Below, in pieces: positions 33,279 through 35,982 of a stretch of 35,982 nt of DNA. The position numbers and the translations under genes were made by a program. Source of the DNA: Collodictyon triciliatum (lineage: Eukaryota); the NCBI GenBank assembly GCA_043381765.1, contig JBHJMP010000580.1:1-35982 (forward strand), written 5' to 3'. Numbering within the stretch: the first letter of the stretch is position 1; each line of letters starts with the position of its first letter. Under the pieces are notes generated by a model. It was not told where the DNA came from and did no database searches. It worked only from the letters and a program-made list of their open reading frames with translations.

Positions 33279-33943
33279 GTCGCAATCCGCGAGAGGTGTG
33301 GTTCGCCTGTTATCGGTGGTTGGAATTAAAAGAATTTAGTCTGGTCGGAAGACATGAGCTATGAGCTTCTGGCTGGAGAAGGCGATTCAAGGAGCAACAA
33401 AGCACTATTTTATATAAGGCAGCTGGACACGTGTGCGTTTTTCTAGTACTTTCATTTTATATATATTGTTCCTTTGCATTCTTGGTTGCCATGATTTGTT
33501 TCGTTTTTTCTCTGCTGACTTTAAATATCGCTGTGTTGAGGGTTGGTGATCTCCTTTCTCTCTGTGGAACATTCGTTTCATATGCCCATCCTGTATACAA
33601 AGCAACGCAGATGGGTTAGACTCCTGCGATCTGCTTGCTTCTGTTTATCTTGCAGCTTGGACAGAGCGGTTCGAGAGCTAAATTAACACCTCGGAACTCC
33701 ATATATCAAAATTAGATGCCCTTTTTTTATCATAATATCATATATCTCAAAATTATTTTATATTTAATAGCTTATAATCGGACTCTTATAGTAATTTATA
33801 AGTATATAACCCTATTTTCCAGAATCGATATGGTGTTTAATTTCTGATGATCACAAATCTGATGTCGATCACAAGCCGCAAGTCCAGGAAACAACCGATC
33901 GAGAAAACTCACCAAATAAAGTCAAACCACCCCCAGAGCCAGG

Positions 33944-35047
33944 ATGAGGCGTTCAACCTTCGTTGCTGTTGCCATATTCGTCTCTGTATGCATCCTACTG
34001 GCTGCCCACCAGGCTGAAGCGCGCCGTGTCGGAAAGAGTAAGCCTGTTTTTTCCCTTAACATAAGCCCCAGAACCTCTAATGCTTCATAGGAGCCCAGGT
34101 CATGAAGAAATGAACAGAAATAAAGTTAAAAAAAAAAAAGGGCTCGGTTCGACGCTTTTGACTTTCAAATGTAACACTGCAAATAAGTCGAATGTTACTC
34201 CGGCTTTTTTTTTTTAAAAAAAAAAACTGACTGTTTCTTCCCTCGCCTTTATTCTTTTCTTTTATTTTCAATTTTTAACCTGAGATAATTCCACTCATGT
34301 TACTCGATCATTAGAGAGTCTAAGTGCCAACGAACCAAAGGTTGTGCGTCCTGATAACAGCGAAATTTATGCCTCGCGCAACACACACAACGAGCGTGCC
34401 TTCCACTCTGCAGGAATGGACGAAGATGAGGACGACGACAATGAGCCCAGAGGCCATCCCCAAGGTGATGGTGCACGAGCTGACCAGGCCCGTATGTATC
34501 AGATGTTCCAACAAATCATGTGAGTAAATGACGTAGAGTTCTATTGTTATCCTAATCTACTTCTTACCCCGAAAACACAAAGCCCAGGTGGCAAGGCTGA
34601 GAGCGATGGCGACAAAAATTTGTTAACTTTAGTTTTCTCTAGTGCTGACGTAGACTCATTTCATTCCTCTGTAATCTTGACTTTGCAGAAGCTCCAATCC
34701 AAAGTACGCTGAAATTGCCAGAAAGGTTCGCGCTGGTGAATTGAGTAACGAAGACCCCATCGTCACGTCCATGATTGAAGGTAGTATTTGTTGTCTAAGA
34801 TGAGTTGAAGGACTGTTTTCTATGTTTAAGTAATTTTTTATTTTAATTATTTGATGCTGGGTGCAGTTACTGTCCTCGCAAAGTATTTGGAAAACAATTT
34901 AGTATTCATGAACCTCCTTTTAAAAAAAAAAAATTAATGTGGAGAAAATAAATCGGAGATGGCGATTGCATGTTGTTTGTGTTTGTGTGTGAAACTCCTA
35001 ACAGCGCACTACAACACACAGAGGTTTACGCACAACTGGGCGCTTAG
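33944..35047 (+). CDS. Small secretory-pathway protein (about 150 aa, 5 exons): signal peptide, acidic stretch, helical C-terminus
   Basis: Signal peptide MRRSTFVAVAIFVSVCILLAAHQAEA ending in an AxA cleavage motif. GT-AG joins give ...GMDEDEDDDNEP...MYQMFQQIIPGGKAESDGDKNLSSNPKYAEIARKVRAGELSNEDPIVTSMIEEVYAQLGA*. The last acceptor is uncertain. Confidence 0.75.
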
Positions 35048-35730
35048 ATTTTACAAGTGCAAAAGCCCCTGGTGAAGAGATTGACGACCAAGAGAACAAA
35101 GATGTTCATCAACATCGCATAAAACGAACGATAATAATACTTACGAAATCTTCTGGTATCGATATATCTAATGTTCAAAACTTTTAATCGAATTGCGTAA
35201 TGAATTTGCAAAATGGACACAGCCAATGAGAGCTAATGCTCTTTCACTCATGCGATTCTGCCGAAGGTGGACATATTTGGACAACGCGCAATCTGTATCA
35301 CTCTAACTTGGATTCATTATAAGAAAAATAACATAGAGCTCTTCGTTGTCCCAATTTCAAGAGTTCATTGAGAGAAAACATAGTCCAAGAAACCGCCTCC
35401 ACCTCTAAGACAGAAATGAGCTGTGGACAAGACAGTGAAAAACCTCTGGGTTGTGTGGTTGGAGTTTTTGTGTTTTGGGCGGTAGGAAAAAAAAGGAAGA
35501 AGAAAAAAGAAAAAGAGAAAGAAAATAGAAAGGATATAAGTGTTCTCACACGCAAACTATTCTACTCGAAGTTAATCAGCTCCAACGCGATTTCTGGTTG
35601 CATTCGAGACTGACAGAAGAGCGGATAAAGTTGTCGGGTCGATAAAAGTACGCGCATGGCAGTTACTTCTCAAATCGATTCCGACGAGTCCTTTCAACCG
35701 TCTATCTCATACAAGGTTTTACATTCTATT

Positions 35731-35982
35731 TCATTCCACTGGATGAGTCTTCTGAGGGGACAACGGGTCACTTTCATTGCGTTTCTTGCTGGGCGACTCC
35801 GACAAAAAGCGATACATCGTTGTTTGTCGGGTATTATCGGAAGTGGCGCTTGACCGTCCCCTGGTTTCGGAACCATGCGTAGCCGGCAGTGGACTTTGCT
35901 TAACCGGAGTATGGATATGCGTTTGTGGTTTTAGAAACATACGCTCCTGCTTGCTCGGACTGTCTTCGGTGTGAGAAGTTCC
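35731..35982 (-). CDS. C-terminal exon of a gene entering from the right edge; disordered tail with PIP-box-like motif and CDK sites
   Basis: Frame is open from the window edge to TGA at 35731 (83 codons). It contains four S/T-P-x-K sites (SPSK x2, TPVK, SPQK) and QTTMYRFL followed by KKR. Confidence 0.65.
   Translation of the reverse strand, partial: GTSHTEDSPSKQERMFLKPQTHIHTPVKQSPLPATHGSETRGRSSATSDNTRQTTMYRFLSESPSKKRNESDPLSPQKTHPVE

Noticed and set aside
35735-35893. Nested complementary segments (TCCACTG/CAGTGGA, AGGGGAC/GTCCCCT, CCGACAAA/TTTGTCGG) suggesting a structured ncRNA
   Set aside because: No snRNA, SRP, RNase P/MRP or ribozyme motifs were recognised. The region is better explained by the - strand coding exon.

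Overview
Intron-dense, AT-rich eukaryotic (probably protist) genomic DNA that uses the standard code, with one 100-N gap at 5514-5613. By-eye splicing gives six genes. (1) A divergent DNA-PKcs/PRKDC on the - strand (ATG 21194, about 80 exons, running off the left edge before the kinase domain). (2) Head-to-head with it, 26S proteasome RPN1/PSMD2 (22054-27200, 19 exons). (3) A GC-rich orphan gene (29088-30347). (4) An NBR1-like PB1-FW-UBA autophagy receptor (33278-30817). (5) A small signal-peptide protein (33944-35047). (6) The C-terminus of a PIP-box/CDK-site protein entering from the right edge. The most notable observations are an AT-AC minor-spliceosome-type intron in DNA-PKcs; two copies of an unannotated short retroposed element whose target-site duplications copy splicing signals (a 5' splice site and a branch-point-like motif); apparent loss of the DNA-PKcs YRPD motif; and a speculative CxxU (selenoprotein-like) gene at 27572-28021. 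All homology statements come from recalled reference sequences, not searches, and exon boundaries are manual.
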